Source: a virus
Length of the DNA: 64,000 nucleotides
Strand: one strand, 5' to 3'
IMG/VR virus record: IMGVR_UViG_3300032738_000111
Span: 14,241 to 78,240 of that record
Shown here piece after piece: positions 8,622 to 17,348 of this stretch (position 1 is its first letter; every line of letters starts with the position of its first letter). Below the pieces are notes generated by a model. The model ran no database searches, was not told where the DNA came from, and saw only the letters and a list, made by a program, of their open reading frames with translations. The position numbers and the translations under genes are program-made.

Positions 8622-8870
8622 TTATTCACTACCCCAACCAAGCAACGTTCGCACAACCTCTGCGAGTCGATTCAGCTCGGTTACGCTCAACTTACCTGCG
8701 CACGTTGGGCAGAGGTATCCATACTCCTCATCATCGCGCACATACTGTACCCATCCATGCATCCTTGCCCAGTAAGCAACACCCTCGTCGCGCAGGGATT
8801 CCAAGTCCGTCTCTTGTTCATTCGCACAAGTGTCGCAAGAAATCCAGCATTCGGGCCGCCATTTACCCAT
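8622..8870 (-). CDS. Small zinc-finger protein, paralogue of 16478-16675
   Basis: CDTC...HGWV...YLCPTCA. Confidence 0.65.
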   Translation of the reverse strand: MGKWRPECWISCDTCANEQETDLESLRDEGVAYWARMHGWVQYVRDDEEYGYLCPTCAGKLSVTELNRLAEVVRTLLGWGSE

Positions 8871-9038
8871 GCTTCTCCCCCCACTCCTCACACGCCTTCC
8901 CGTCTGTAATCTCGCGGCCCTTCCTGCAAGCATACCAGCACGTAGTCCCCTCGTCAATACTGCCCGGCTTGTCGCCGATGAAGTCCCGCGCGCCTGAGGT
9001 AACGAATGAGTGCTTGCAGGTGTAGCAGGTTTGGTTGG

Positions 9039-10136
9039 TCATGCCTCACTACTCCCTTCGTCTGCCTGCATAATCCTTTGCCCTATCCAATACACCACAT
9101 TCACCGTCACTGCATTTCCGAGTCCTCGGTATCGGGCACTGTCCATCCCACGAGGAAGCCCTGGAGCTTCTCGCACTCTGTCGGCGTCAACCTGCGGACA
9201 GACAATACCCTCGAATTGCTTGCCGCTTCGGCTTCCCGTGAGTGAACCTGCCCTTCCGCTGGTTCGGAGTTCTCCGCGTTGGTTTGCGTGGAGGCCGCAG
9301 ACGAATTGATAACTGTGGCTGGCTCCGCTTCGTAAGGCTCTTGCCCTTCCGCTTCCAGCAAGTTGCCCGCTGATGTTTTCATGCCAAGCAATGAGTCCGG
9401 TGTACTCCTGTTTAGCAGGCCAACCTCGCCTTGCCCATTTAGGAGTAACTGTGTGGCTCCGTTCGGAGATGGTGTCTTCGCTATCGGCGATGAATGTTCG
9501 CTGTTGCTCCTTCCCACTGTCGCCTCCAGTGCGGCTATCAAGGCAGTGGGCAACGCCCTCCCCCGTTTTCCTGCTCGCCTCAGGATGCCAGCCGCCGCCT
9601 TCGCGCTCAAATAGAATCGCTCCGGCACGTCGCCATCCAGAATCTCCCTGAGCGAACACACCAAAGACTCGTCGCCTCCGCTGGGCCACTCCGAAGAACT
9701 GTGAGTCCAGCACCCGCCAGGCTCCGAAATACCCGATTTCGGCAAGGGCGGCAAGGACTGCGCGGAAGTCATCGCCTCCGTTGCTGCTGAGTAGTCCGGG
9801 AACATTCTCCCAAACAAGGTAGCGAGGCTTTGCTTCAGCCACCACTCGCACCAACTCGAAGAACAGGCCGCTGCGCGCTCCAGTGATTCCCGCACGGTTG
9901 CCGGCCACGGAAAGGTCTTGGCACGGAAACCATCCGCTGATGATGCCAATGTCTCTGTATTCTCGCCCGTCAAGCTCTTCGATGTTCTCATGTATTAGCA
10001 CCTCCGGCCAGTGGGTTTTCAATACCCGTCGGCAGAATTTATCACACTCGCACATGGCAACGGTCTCAATTCCCGCAAGCTCGAAGCCGAGGTCGAAGCC
10101 GCCTATGCCAGTGAAGAGTGATAGGTGGGTCATCAT
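9039..10136 (-). CDS. C5 cytosine DNA methyltransferase, alpha polypeptide (motifs I-VIII and X)
   Basis: LFTGIGG, FPCQD, ENVPG, QRRRRVF and C-terminal YRGLGNAV; motif IX is absent from this frame. Confidence 0.92.
   Translation of the reverse strand: MMTHLSLFTGIGGFDLGFELAGIETVAMCECDKFCRRVLKTHWPEVLIHENIEELDGREYRDIGIISGWFPCQDLSVAGNRAGITGARSGLFFELVRVVAEAKPRYLVWENVPGLLSSNGGDDFRAVLAALAEIGYFGAWRVLDSQFFGVAQRRRRVFGVFAQGDSGWRRAGAILFEREGGGWHPEASRKTGEGVAHCLDSRTGGDSGKEQQRTFIADSEDTISERSHTVTPKWARRGWPAKQEYTGLIAWHENISGQLAGSGRARALRSGASHSYQFVCGLHANQRGELRTSGRAGSLTGSRSGKQFEGIVCPQVDADRVREAPGLPRGMDSARYRGLGNAVTVNVVYWIGQRIMQADEGSSEA
9107..9805 (-). CDS. C5 methyltransferase beta polypeptide (motif IX), nested in an alternative frame
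   Basis: SLREILD..VPERFYLSAKAAAGILRRA and RRLTPTECEKLQGF; exact start codon uncertain. Confidence 0.75.
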   Translation of the reverse strand: MFPDYSAATEAMTSAQSLPPLPKSGISEPGGCWTHSSSEWPSGGDESLVCSLREILDGDVPERFYLSAKAAAGILRRAGKRGRALPTALIAALEATVGRSNSEHSSPIAKTPSPNGATQLLLNGQGEVGLLNRSTPDSLLGMKTSAGNLLEAEGQEPYEAEPATVINSSAASTQTNAENSEPAEGQVHSREAEAASNSRVLSVRRLTPTECEKLQGFLVGWTVPDTEDSEMQ

Positions 10137-10801
10137 TCCCCCGCCTCACCCGCCCACATAGCCAATACGCCATCCAGGTACACAGGCACCGTCAGGATGT
10201 CAGCGTACACCGGCAGGCCCTTGCTGCTGGCGTAACCGTGCTCCAACTTTGCACCATCCGATTCCCCCCACCTCGGCAACATCATTATCGCCCCGGAGCA
10301 GTCTAACCCACTCATGCAATTGTCAAGGTGCGCCTGGCGGGTAATGTCGGGAAAATCGCGCTCGAAGTGTGCGCTCTCTGTATGCGGGCAGAAGGTATAG
10401 TGGCCGCGCCGCATGAGTGCCGCCTTCATTAGCTTGGCTTGCAGGATGTTCTTGCAGACATCCAGATTCCGGTCGGCCTGATACGGCCCGCTGATGAAGA
10501 ATCGCATGGGCATGTCACAGGTCGGTAGCCAATCAAGTTCGGCCTGCAACTGTTGCGCCGCCGCCCTGATTCGCGCCTCGTCCATATCAGCCCCGCGCCT
10601 TAGCTGCAGCACCAAGTACATCCAGCTATCCATCCGCTCATGTACGGCCTCCAGCGCATGGTCAGTCCACGGCTGCAGGTGATTCACCGCGCCATATTCA
10701 GCTTGTCCCGCGCGGAACCTTGCCAGCAGGACATCGGATAGCGCGGACAGGTCGCACTGTCCAGCTTGGTAACGGATTAGGTCAATGGTCTGGTCTGGCA
10801 T
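10133..10801 (-). CDS. DUF4406/nucleoside deoxyribosyltransferase-like domain fused to an N-terminal helical domain
   Basis: FFISGPY...MLPRWGESDGAKLEH; N-terminal GQAEYG...HERMDSWMYL resembles all-alpha NTP pyrophosphatase-like phage proteins. Confidence 0.6.
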   Translation of the reverse strand: MPDQTIDLIRYQAGQCDLSALSDVLLARFRAGQAEYGAVNHLQPWTDHALEAVHERMDSWMYLVLQLRRGADMDEARIRAAAQQLQAELDWLPTCDMPMRFFISGPYQADRNLDVCKNILQAKLMKAALMRRGHYTFCPHTESAHFERDFPDITRQAHLDNCMSGLDCSGAIMMLPRWGESDGAKLEHGYASSKGLPVYADILTVPVYLDGVLAMWAGEAGE

Positions 10802-10813
10802 ATCGGGCCTCCC

Positions 10814-12241
10814 CTACACTGGCCGCCTCGCCGCGACCACATCAGTATCGCCTTCGAGCGAAGGTGTGTCAAGACTTTTGATACGTGCTCCGTGTTCGTC
10901 TGGCGGGCGCAGCTTCGGCGCGTCGTCCATGTACAATTCCAAGTTCCAGCCGACGCCATATTCCGGCGCAAACGAAAGGAACTGTTGACTCGGCCTCGCG
11001 CATCCCTGCATCTCACCGATACTAAACTCAGTCCCGCCCGGCCAGCTACCATTCGCAACCCATCCCGGTGCGGCGGCGGCTTGATGGTGATGTCCTAAGA
11101 ACGCTCGCCGATAGACCATGCCGACCATTCGGTTGCTTCGCTGAATCGCGCGGTCAACCCCGTACCACGGGAAGCCCATATATCGCTTTGCTTCCTGTCC
11201 GTGTAGCAAGAGGTATTCGTAAGTCTTGTCTATATCGCCGAAGTCAAGCGGGCCGTGTTGTGGACCTAGTGTAAAGGCATTGAACCGCGCGGGGCTTACA
11301 TTGATGTAGATACTCTCTTGTTCTTTGAGCAGTGCCTGAATCCACTGGTAGCACATGATGTCGTTGTTGTTCGTCGTGAACCGTTCCTGCCCGTGGTTGC
11401 CCCACTGAAAGAAGCAGTGCGTCGAGGTAAACTGCCGCGCCATTGCCAGGATCAGGCGGCCCATTTCCTGTGCCCCAGCCATGACTTGCTCGCGGAGCAT
11501 CAAGTCAATTCGCGTCGGCTGTTTCGGAAAGATGTCCTCGCCGGTCACCCAGTCGCCGAGGCCCAGGATATAAAGATGGTCTGCTTTGTAGGCGCGGCGG
11601 AAGTCAGCAAGCGCATTGGAGAACGCTTCGAGATAACGGTCGCGGCGCTGGCGAAAGATGTCGTAGTTGTATTCGGACAGGCCCGCCGTCTCATCCCCGC
11701 GCACCCACTCGCCTACGTGAACATCGGACAATAGCGCAAAGATAGCATGGTCAACGCCGGGCCCCTTAGTGCGTTTTGGGTACTTGAGAAGCTTGATGGG
11801 GCTAACATTTGCCGCGATTGCGTCGGCAACAACAGCATTCATCTGTCGCGCCTTCTCAAGTTGTTTGCGGAGGGACTTATTCTGCCGCTGGTACATTTCA
11901 GCAACGCGGCGGGGGTCAGCCTCCACCTGCTGCGCCTCAGTTTCTTCTTCAAGCGGCTCAATTTCCTCACCGCCACTCGCCGGCTGCCAATCCACAATTC
12001 CATAGCACTCATCCTTCGACCGAATCTCGCATGTCTGCTTGAACTGGCCGGGCAAGCTGTTGGACGACTTCAACCCCAGGTGTTTCGCCATCTCGCTGAA
12101 TGTGCCGCAGTACAGCCGGTAAGCCGCAGCCTCCTGTCGTGATAGGTCTCGCAACGCAGGAGCGCGCCGCCCTTGGAGTGCCGCTAGCTTATCGCCGAGT
12201 ATCTGCTTACAGTGTTCGATTAGCGCCGGTTCGGTATCAAT
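10814..12241 (-). CDS. Calcineurin-like metallophosphoesterase
   Basis: SDVHVG, LGDW, GNHG, LLHG and GHHH motifs. Start proposed at ATT 12241; the ORF track uses TTG 12154. Confidence 0.85.
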   Translation of the reverse strand: MDTEPALIEHCKQILGDKLAALQGRRAPALRDLSRQEAAAYRLYCGTFSEMAKHLGLKSSNSLPGQFKQTCEIRSKDECYGIVDWQPASGGEEIEPLEEETEAQQVEADPRRVAEMYQRQNKSLRKQLEKARQMNAVVADAIAANVSPIKLLKYPKRTKGPGVDHAIFALLSDVHVGEWVRGDETAGLSEYNYDIFRQRRDRYLEAFSNALADFRRAYKADHLYILGLGDWVTGEDIFPKQPTRIDLMLREQVMAGAQEMGRLILAMARQFTSTHCFFQWGNHGQERFTTNNNDIMCYQWIQALLKEQESIYINVSPARFNAFTLGPQHGPLDFGDIDKTYEYLLLHGQEAKRYMGFPWYGVDRAIQRSNRMVGMVYRRAFLGHHHQAAAAPGWVANGSWPGGTEFSIGEMQGCARPSQQFLSFAPEYGVGWNLELYMDDAPKLRPPDEHGARIKSLDTPSLEGDTDVVAARRPV

Positions 12242-12303
12242 GGCAATTGCCTCCTATTGAACTATTCGGCATCTCCGAATGGTTGACCTGCTATCGCCGC
12301 CCG

Positions 12304-13326
12304 CTATATCAAATTGAGCTGCGTTGGATTCTCTGCTTCCCTTATCCGCTCTTCGCTCCGCTGGCACCAATGCTCCGATAGTTCAATGCCGATAAACTCT
12401 CGCCCATACTTCACCGCTGCCTCGCCAGTCGCGCCCGAACCACAGAAGCAGTCCAGCACCGTATCACCTTCCCTGCTGCTGGCGGTGACTATGTGCTCCA
12501 GCATGGCAAGCGGCTTCTCGCAAGGATGTTTGCCTGCGTAGGGCTTGACTGTCGGGAAATCCCACACGTCGGTGTACGGCACGTCGGCGGTGACGGAGAA
12601 CGGGCGGCGGAGGTCTTCGTATTCGGTGCGGAGGTCTTCGTATTCGCGGGTCAGGTAGCCGCCACTGTTGCGAGAATTGAAGAGGTCGCGAAGCCACTGG
12701 TAGTTTTCAGCGGTCGGGAGCGTCCACTGCACACGGGAAAACCAATGCCCTGCCATGCCTGTGACTGTTCGGCTCCCTGTTACCTTTTGGTATTCCTCTG
12801 CGACGCGACGGGTTGACCAATCAGCCCGCGCCTTCTCCCCGTCCAGATAAGCCCTCAGCGGCTCGAACACGAACCCGCGCAACTCGTCGCACTTGGCGGC
12901 ATATCCCGCTTCGCCCTTCGCCATATTGTCCGCGCCGTAGTGCTCAGCAAAGATGATTTCCTCCCACGGCGATAGGTAGGAGCGCACCATTTCCTTGTCG
13001 GTCTTGTTGTGCCAGCCAGCTTCCTTCACCCAGCGGATACGGTTCAACACCTCGAAGAACTCCGCAGTCTTGCACTCCACCCGCGCCGCCATCTTTGGGC
13101 TTGCGAACACGTACAGGCTACCGTTCGGCTTGAGTATCCGCTGCCATTCCGCGCATAGCAGGCCGAACCATTCAATGAACCCTTCGGCGCTATCCCATTG
13201 CCTGTCCCAAGGTTCGTTCTTGACGCGGTAGTAGGGAGGGTCAGTGCAGATTAGACTGACGCTATTGTCGGGAAGCGTTGGCATGACCTGCAAGCAATCG
13301 CCCTCGATTATCTGCCAGCTACTCAT
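12304..13326 (-). CDS. N6-adenine/N4-cytosine DNA methyltransferase (beta class)
   Basis: TDPPY, then HPCEKP and DCFCGSG. Confidence 0.92.
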   Translation of the reverse strand: MSSWQIIEGDCLQVMPTLPDNSVSLICTDPPYYRVKNEPWDRQWDSAEGFIEWFGLLCAEWQRILKPNGSLYVFASPKMAARVECKTAEFFEVLNRIRWVKEAGWHNKTDKEMVRSYLSPWEEIIFAEHYGADNMAKGEAGYAAKCDELRGFVFEPLRAYLDGEKARADWSTRRVAEEYQKVTGSRTVTGMAGHWFSRVQWTLPTAENYQWLRDLFNSRNSGGYLTREYEDLRTEYEDLRRPFSVTADVPYTDVWDFPTVKPYAGKHPCEKPLAMLEHIVTASSREGDTVLDCFCGSGATGEAAVKYGREFIGIELSEHWCQRSEERIREAENPTQLNLI

Positions 13327-13529
13327 AACCCGTTCCCTCGCACAATGCTTGTCCTCCCGACCGGCCCCAACTTCCGGCGAGGCCGCCTCAACTCGCTATC
13401 GCGCATATCGGTATAAACGCCACGCAGGCGACAGTCTGGACAGAATGCCTTATTGCTATCAGACGAGACATACCCTGTAAATCCACAGACCTTGCAAGTA
13501 TAGGTGACGCGACGCTTAGTGCGGGTCAT
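13323..13529 (-). CDS. Small zinc-ribbon protein
   Basis: CKVC...CPDC; own promoter and GGAGG Shine-Dalgarno. Confidence 0.65.
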   Translation of the reverse strand: MTRTKRRVTYTCKVCGFTGYVSSDSNKAFCPDCRLRGVYTDMRDSELRRPRRKLGPVGRTSIVRGNGL

Positions 13530-13548
13530 GCTTTCCTCCGCTACAGCA

Positions 13549-13577
13549 AATATACCACGCGGGCCTTCTCATTGCAA
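13549..13577 (-). promoter_or_regulatory. Sigma70-type promoter
   Basis: TTGCAA-17bp-TATATT with an extended -10 TG. Confidence 0.65.
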
Positions 13578-13635
13578 GACTATTCCCCGATTCTCTCCTG
13601 TCCGTTCTAGGCGATTGCAAGGCGTCAGGCGCGGC

Positions 13636-15084
13636 CTAACCTTCTTCTGCTCCCGAATCGCCTGTATCGGACACCTCGCCGCCGGACTCGCTACTTGCGC
13701 TGGCCTGCGCCACCCGGCGCTTCTCGTACTCGGCAGCGGCATCCACTACGCACTTGTTCGCCGCTTGCCAGCTCTTTGCCCTCGCGCATTGGACCTCTCC
13801 GTCCGGCGTCGTGTAGCTCCACCGCCACCGCCAAGGCCCCTCTTGTACTTCCCACACGTTGCTACGCCCGCCGCTTGCGTGGTGGCCTGAGTAGCATATC
13901 GGCATGGCGGAGTCTGCTTGAGAAGGTTCTGGGCAAGCGTTGCAGGCATCTGCGGATGGATGCTCGTGTACGTCTTTCTCCCTGAGTTCCTCGAAGGCCT
14001 CGTTGACTACCCTGCTTCTCATCGCCCGCCAATCAGTCTCTATGCGCTTGCAGACTGCTGTGAGTGCCGCGCCTGCGATGTCGTGAACCCTCACCACTAT
14101 GTGAAATCTCTCCTCCAACCCCGCAATCTCATCTGTGGCCGCGTTGAGTTCCTGCTGGACGGCGTTGCGCTCTTTCTCCCACTCTTTCTGCCGTTCCCGT
14201 CGCATCTCATCCAAGACCCGATAACTCTCGCTATAGGCTTGCTTCACAGCACCCAAGCGACCCTCCAGTTCCGCCACGCGCTCTTGCAGCTTCGATACCT
14301 GAGGGTCAGCGATATGGAATGTGCCGCCGCTCCAGTAGTACGGGCGCTTTGTTGCATCCGCGCAGTAGGCGAATACGTCGCAAAGGTCGCCCTGAAACTT
14401 CGGCTTCTCGGACTCATCCTCCGCCGGGCACGGGACGCCAGTCTCGGCGCAGGCGGACTGGACATTAGCAGCAGACCCCTTGGGATAGTGCATTACGGAC
14501 TCGCCATTCAAGTCCTTACCATGCACCTCCTGGCATTCGCCGCAGCCGCGATAAATGTTCGTGACCTCAGTGTAATATACGAGAGAACCATCGCTGCAAC
14601 GCGGAAATGCCACCACCGGCGGCTCGGCTCCCAGACAATTCCACTCAGCACCGAAGGCCTTTTCGTCGCGGGCGAGGCTGGTGACAACGGCAGGGGATTC
14701 GGCGACTGACTGATGTATGCCCGTTCGCCCATCGTGGTCGCCTCCGACTAACGAGCTCTCTGGTATTGTGCCATGAGAGCATAGCTCGCTAATGGATGTG
14801 ATACGAGTAAAGTGAAACTCGGAGTTGTCGAAAACACAATGCAGCGTCACCGTCAGCTCTTGCGCGGCAAGCTCCTCGGCCTCGGCTATTAGCGCATCTA
14901 TCTGCTTGGTGGATTCGGCGACAGCGGAGCTGGTTATGTCACCGTGCCCACATACCTGCACAATAGTGTGACCGACCTGACGACTATATGAGGCAATGTT
15001 GGCAACAGGGATACGCCAACTCCAGCCGCCAGTCTCACAGTGCAACACAATCTCGGCCTGCCCTGCTTTATCCTGATTCATCAT
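13636..15084 (-). CDS. Modular repeat protein with coiled coil, paralogue of 24074-25780
   Basis: Repeated VTLH...V.ES..V modules and a heptad-rich region. Confidence 0.7.
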   Translation of the reverse strand: MMNQDKAGQAEIVLHCETGGWSWRIPVANIASYSRQVGHTIVQVCGHGDITSSAVAESTKQIDALIAEAEELAAQELTVTLHCVFDNSEFHFTRITSISELCSHGTIPESSLVGGDHDGRTGIHQSVAESPAVVTSLARDEKAFGAEWNCLGAEPPVVAFPRCSDGSLVYYTEVTNIYRGCGECQEVHGKDLNGESVMHYPKGSAANVQSACAETGVPCPAEDESEKPKFQGDLCDVFAYCADATKRPYYWSGGTFHIADPQVSKLQERVAELEGRLGAVKQAYSESYRVLDEMRRERQKEWEKERNAVQQELNAATDEIAGLEERFHIVVRVHDIAGAALTAVCKRIETDWRAMRSRVVNEAFEELREKDVHEHPSADACNACPEPSQADSAMPICYSGHHASGGRSNVWEVQEGPWRWRWSYTTPDGEVQCARAKSWQAANKCVVDAAAEYEKRRVAQASASSESGGEVSDTGDSGAEEG

Positions 15085-15700
15085 TCTCGTCTCCTTCGTC
15101 AGTAATCTGCGCATTGCCCTTTGCTTCTCTCGCCCTCGTCGCATCCACTATTGCTATCCATTCGGCCTCTAGGTCCGCCATGACCGCCCCGCACTTCGGG
15201 CATACCCGCTCCGTCGTCGGCCTATCGCAACACTCAATCGGCCAGCCCGGCGTTACCACCACGCCCGTACAGGTCTGGAGTATCGGAGCGCACAGCCGCA
15301 TAACCTCCAACCCCGCCTGCGCATACTCGACACTCAATGTCCTGTCGCAAAACGCCGCCATCAACTCGCGCATCATCAGGCCCATGCCGAACTCCACTAC
15401 GTCACCGCTGCGACTAGCCCGCACCTCCAGCGCATCATAGTCCCGCGAGCTCGTCCAGTAGCATTTGTGGCAGAGGTGCAGGCAGCCCTCGCCGTCCGCC
15501 TTGGGCACCTCGTATTTCCAGAGCACTTGTTGGCAGTAGCAGCAGTTCTCGTTGCGGAGGTTGTGGAGCGTCCGCTGGTAGGTCTCAAGGTCTGCTTCAC
15601 CTGCGGCGTAGGCAAGCGTCACGTCGCGGACTGCGGTCACGACCTCGGAGTCATCTGCCGGTGCGAGGTCGCGGATGACATCCTGCATATTGTCAGTCAT
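15068..15700 (-). CDS. Cys-rich hypothetical protein
   Basis: Several CxxC pairs; coupled to its neighbours. Confidence 0.6.
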   Translation of the reverse strand: MTDNMQDVIRDLAPADDSEVVTAVRDVTLAYAAGEADLETYQRTLHNLRNENCCYCQQVLWKYEVPKADGEGCLHLCHKCYWTSSRDYDALEVRASRSGDVVEFGMGLMMRELMAAFCDRTLSVEYAQAGLEVMRLCAPILQTCTGVVVTPGWPIECCDRPTTERVCPKCGAVMADLEAEWIAIVDATRAREAKGNAQITDEGDENDESG

Positions 15701-16481
15701 TGGACTGGTTCCCTTCGCCCATCGCAAGCTGCACCGGGGCGGGCGTGGTCTCCAATGCCTCCGGTATGCGAAGCTGCGCTATCTCTTTTCCCAACCGCTT
15801 CGTTGCCAACTCGCAGTATTCCTCGCTGATTTCTATGCCGACTCCCTTTCTGCCGAGGCGGTAGCAGGCAACGAGGGTTGTGCCCGAACCGAGGAAGGGG
15901 TCGATGACTGAGCCGCCAGGCTTGCAAAGTGTTTCTACCAGCCAACCGAATAAAGGCAGTGGCTTCTCTGTTGGGTGACGGTCTGCCTTGTTTCCCACCA
16001 ACGGCGTCTCGAATACGTTATGCGTTACTCCGCCACCGCCCCACCAGAGTACAGGCCCATCACTTTGCCGTCCGAATACAGCAGCCTCAACAGCACTACA
16101 GAAGTTCTTGCGCGGCTTCGGAGGTGGGTTCGCCTTGCGCCAGTACACGAGTTGCAGTGGGTTTAGCCCAGCCTTCTGAAAGATCGTCCACATAGTGCCG
16201 ACCTGCTTGCCATCAGTCCAGACTACCGCCGCCCCACCAGGAGCCACAAGGCGCAGCGCGAGTTCTATAGCTTCACTTGGTAACTCAGTATCCCAATCAA
16301 TGTCAAACTCGACGAATGCACCAGCTACCTTCCAAACCTTCGCTGCGTCCTCTTCGTTTGTGCCATACGGCGGGTCAGTCAGGCACAGGTCGAACCCCCG
16401 CTCCAGTTGCGGCATGATTTCCAAGCAATCACCCAAGTAAATCTCTAAGCCGAACTCTTCGCTGCGCCAGTACGGTTTCAT
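15693..16481 (-). CDS. N6-adenine/N4-cytosine DNA methyltransferase (beta class)
   Basis: GDCLE, TDPPY, HPTEKP, DPFLGSG, GIEISEEYC. Confidence 0.92.
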   Translation of the reverse strand: MKPYWRSEEFGLEIYLGDCLEIMPQLERGFDLCLTDPPYGTNEEDAAKVWKVAGAFVEFDIDWDTELPSEAIELALRLVAPGGAAVVWTDGKQVGTMWTIFQKAGLNPLQLVYWRKANPPPKPRKNFCSAVEAAVFGRQSDGPVLWWGGGGVTHNVFETPLVGNKADRHPTEKPLPLFGWLVETLCKPGGSVIDPFLGSGTTLVACYRLGRKGVGIEISEEYCELATKRLGKEIAQLRIPEALETTPAPVQLAMGEGNQSND

Positions 16482-16675
16482 CGCCTCTCCTCCGCACACT
16501 CCGGGCAGAAATACTCGTGGTCGCCCCTGCAATCTATCTCAGATACCCAACCGTGCTCTTCGAGCCAGGCTTTGATGACGGGCGAGGTCGCGTCCTCAAT
16601 GTGAGTGTTTTCCCATGCGATACCACAGTCATCACACTCTATGCGGAGCTGGCCGTTATGTGGCGTTAGGGTCAT
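16478..16675 (-). CDS. Small zinc-finger protein, paralogue of 8622-8870
   Basis: CDDC...HGWV...YFCPECA. Confidence 0.65.
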   Translation of the reverse strand: MTLTPHNGQLRIECDDCGIAWENTHIEDATSPVIKAWLEEHGWVSEIDCRGDHEYFCPECAEERR

Positions 16676-17348
16676 TAGTCTCAGCCTCCAGGTCCTGCCG
16701 GTGCTCAAGCTCGGCCTCACTGTCGTTCTCTTCTGCCCGCCAATCCTCCCGCGTTATCGCTCGCCGCTGGCTTGGCGTATCTGCATCCACTGCAACGAAG
16801 ATGTTCACCTCGCGCCACCTGTCGAAGATGCGCTCCATCTCCGGCACTCCGCGCAGGTCCTCCGCGCTCACATTGGTCGTGACGCACGTTGCCCGCCGGT
16901 GCGCATGGCGCAGCTCCATGACCTCCTCAAACTGCGACAGCGCGAATGGCGACCGATACTCGCGGCAGAGGTCATCTAGCAGCAGCAGGCTACATTCCGC
17001 CTCGGTAATGTCCTCAAGTAATACCAGCTCCTCTCGCGACTGTTGCGCCCTCCGGTGCAGCTTCCCAAAGAGATTCGCCGCCGTGGTGAACTTCACCGCC
17101 AGAGGACCCACTGGCAACGCCTTCGCTATTAGCGCAAGGCTGCTTGTCTTGCCGATGCCGACGCCGCCGGTCAGCACCAGGCCATGCCCTTGCGCTATGC
17201 GGGCAGGGAGTGTCTCACAGTATTCCGCCACAATCTCCCGCATGTTCCCACTCTCTGGCACCTGCTCAAGTTGCGGCGACCAGGCGTGGCGCGGGATGCC
17301 TGCCCGCTCAAAGAACCGCTCCAGTGTTGCCTGCTTTTTTGTGCTCAT
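16656..17348 (-). CDS. DnaC/IstB-like AAA+ helicase loader
   Basis: GGVGIGKT, LLLLDDL, TTN, RIFDR; follows the replication initiator. Confidence 0.88.
   Translation of the reverse strand: MSTKKQATLERFFERAGIPRHAWSPQLEQVPESGNMREIVAEYCETLPARIAQGHGLVLTGGVGIGKTSSLALIAKALPVGPLAVKFTTAANLFGKLHRRAQQSREELVLLEDITEAECSLLLLDDLCREYRSPFALSQFEEVMELRHAHRRATCVTTNVSAEDLRGVPEMERIFDRWREVNIFVAVDADTPSQRRAITREDWRAEENDSEAELEHRQDLEAETNDPNAT

Noticed and set aside
12607-12646. 21-bp-period tandem repeat in the methyltransferase
   Set aside because: An in-frame heptad duplication (EYEDLR) in a helical insert; two copies only, not an array.
16656-17348. IS21 IstB transposition helper
   Set aside because: No IstA transposase; it follows a replication initiator, as expected for a DnaC-like loader.
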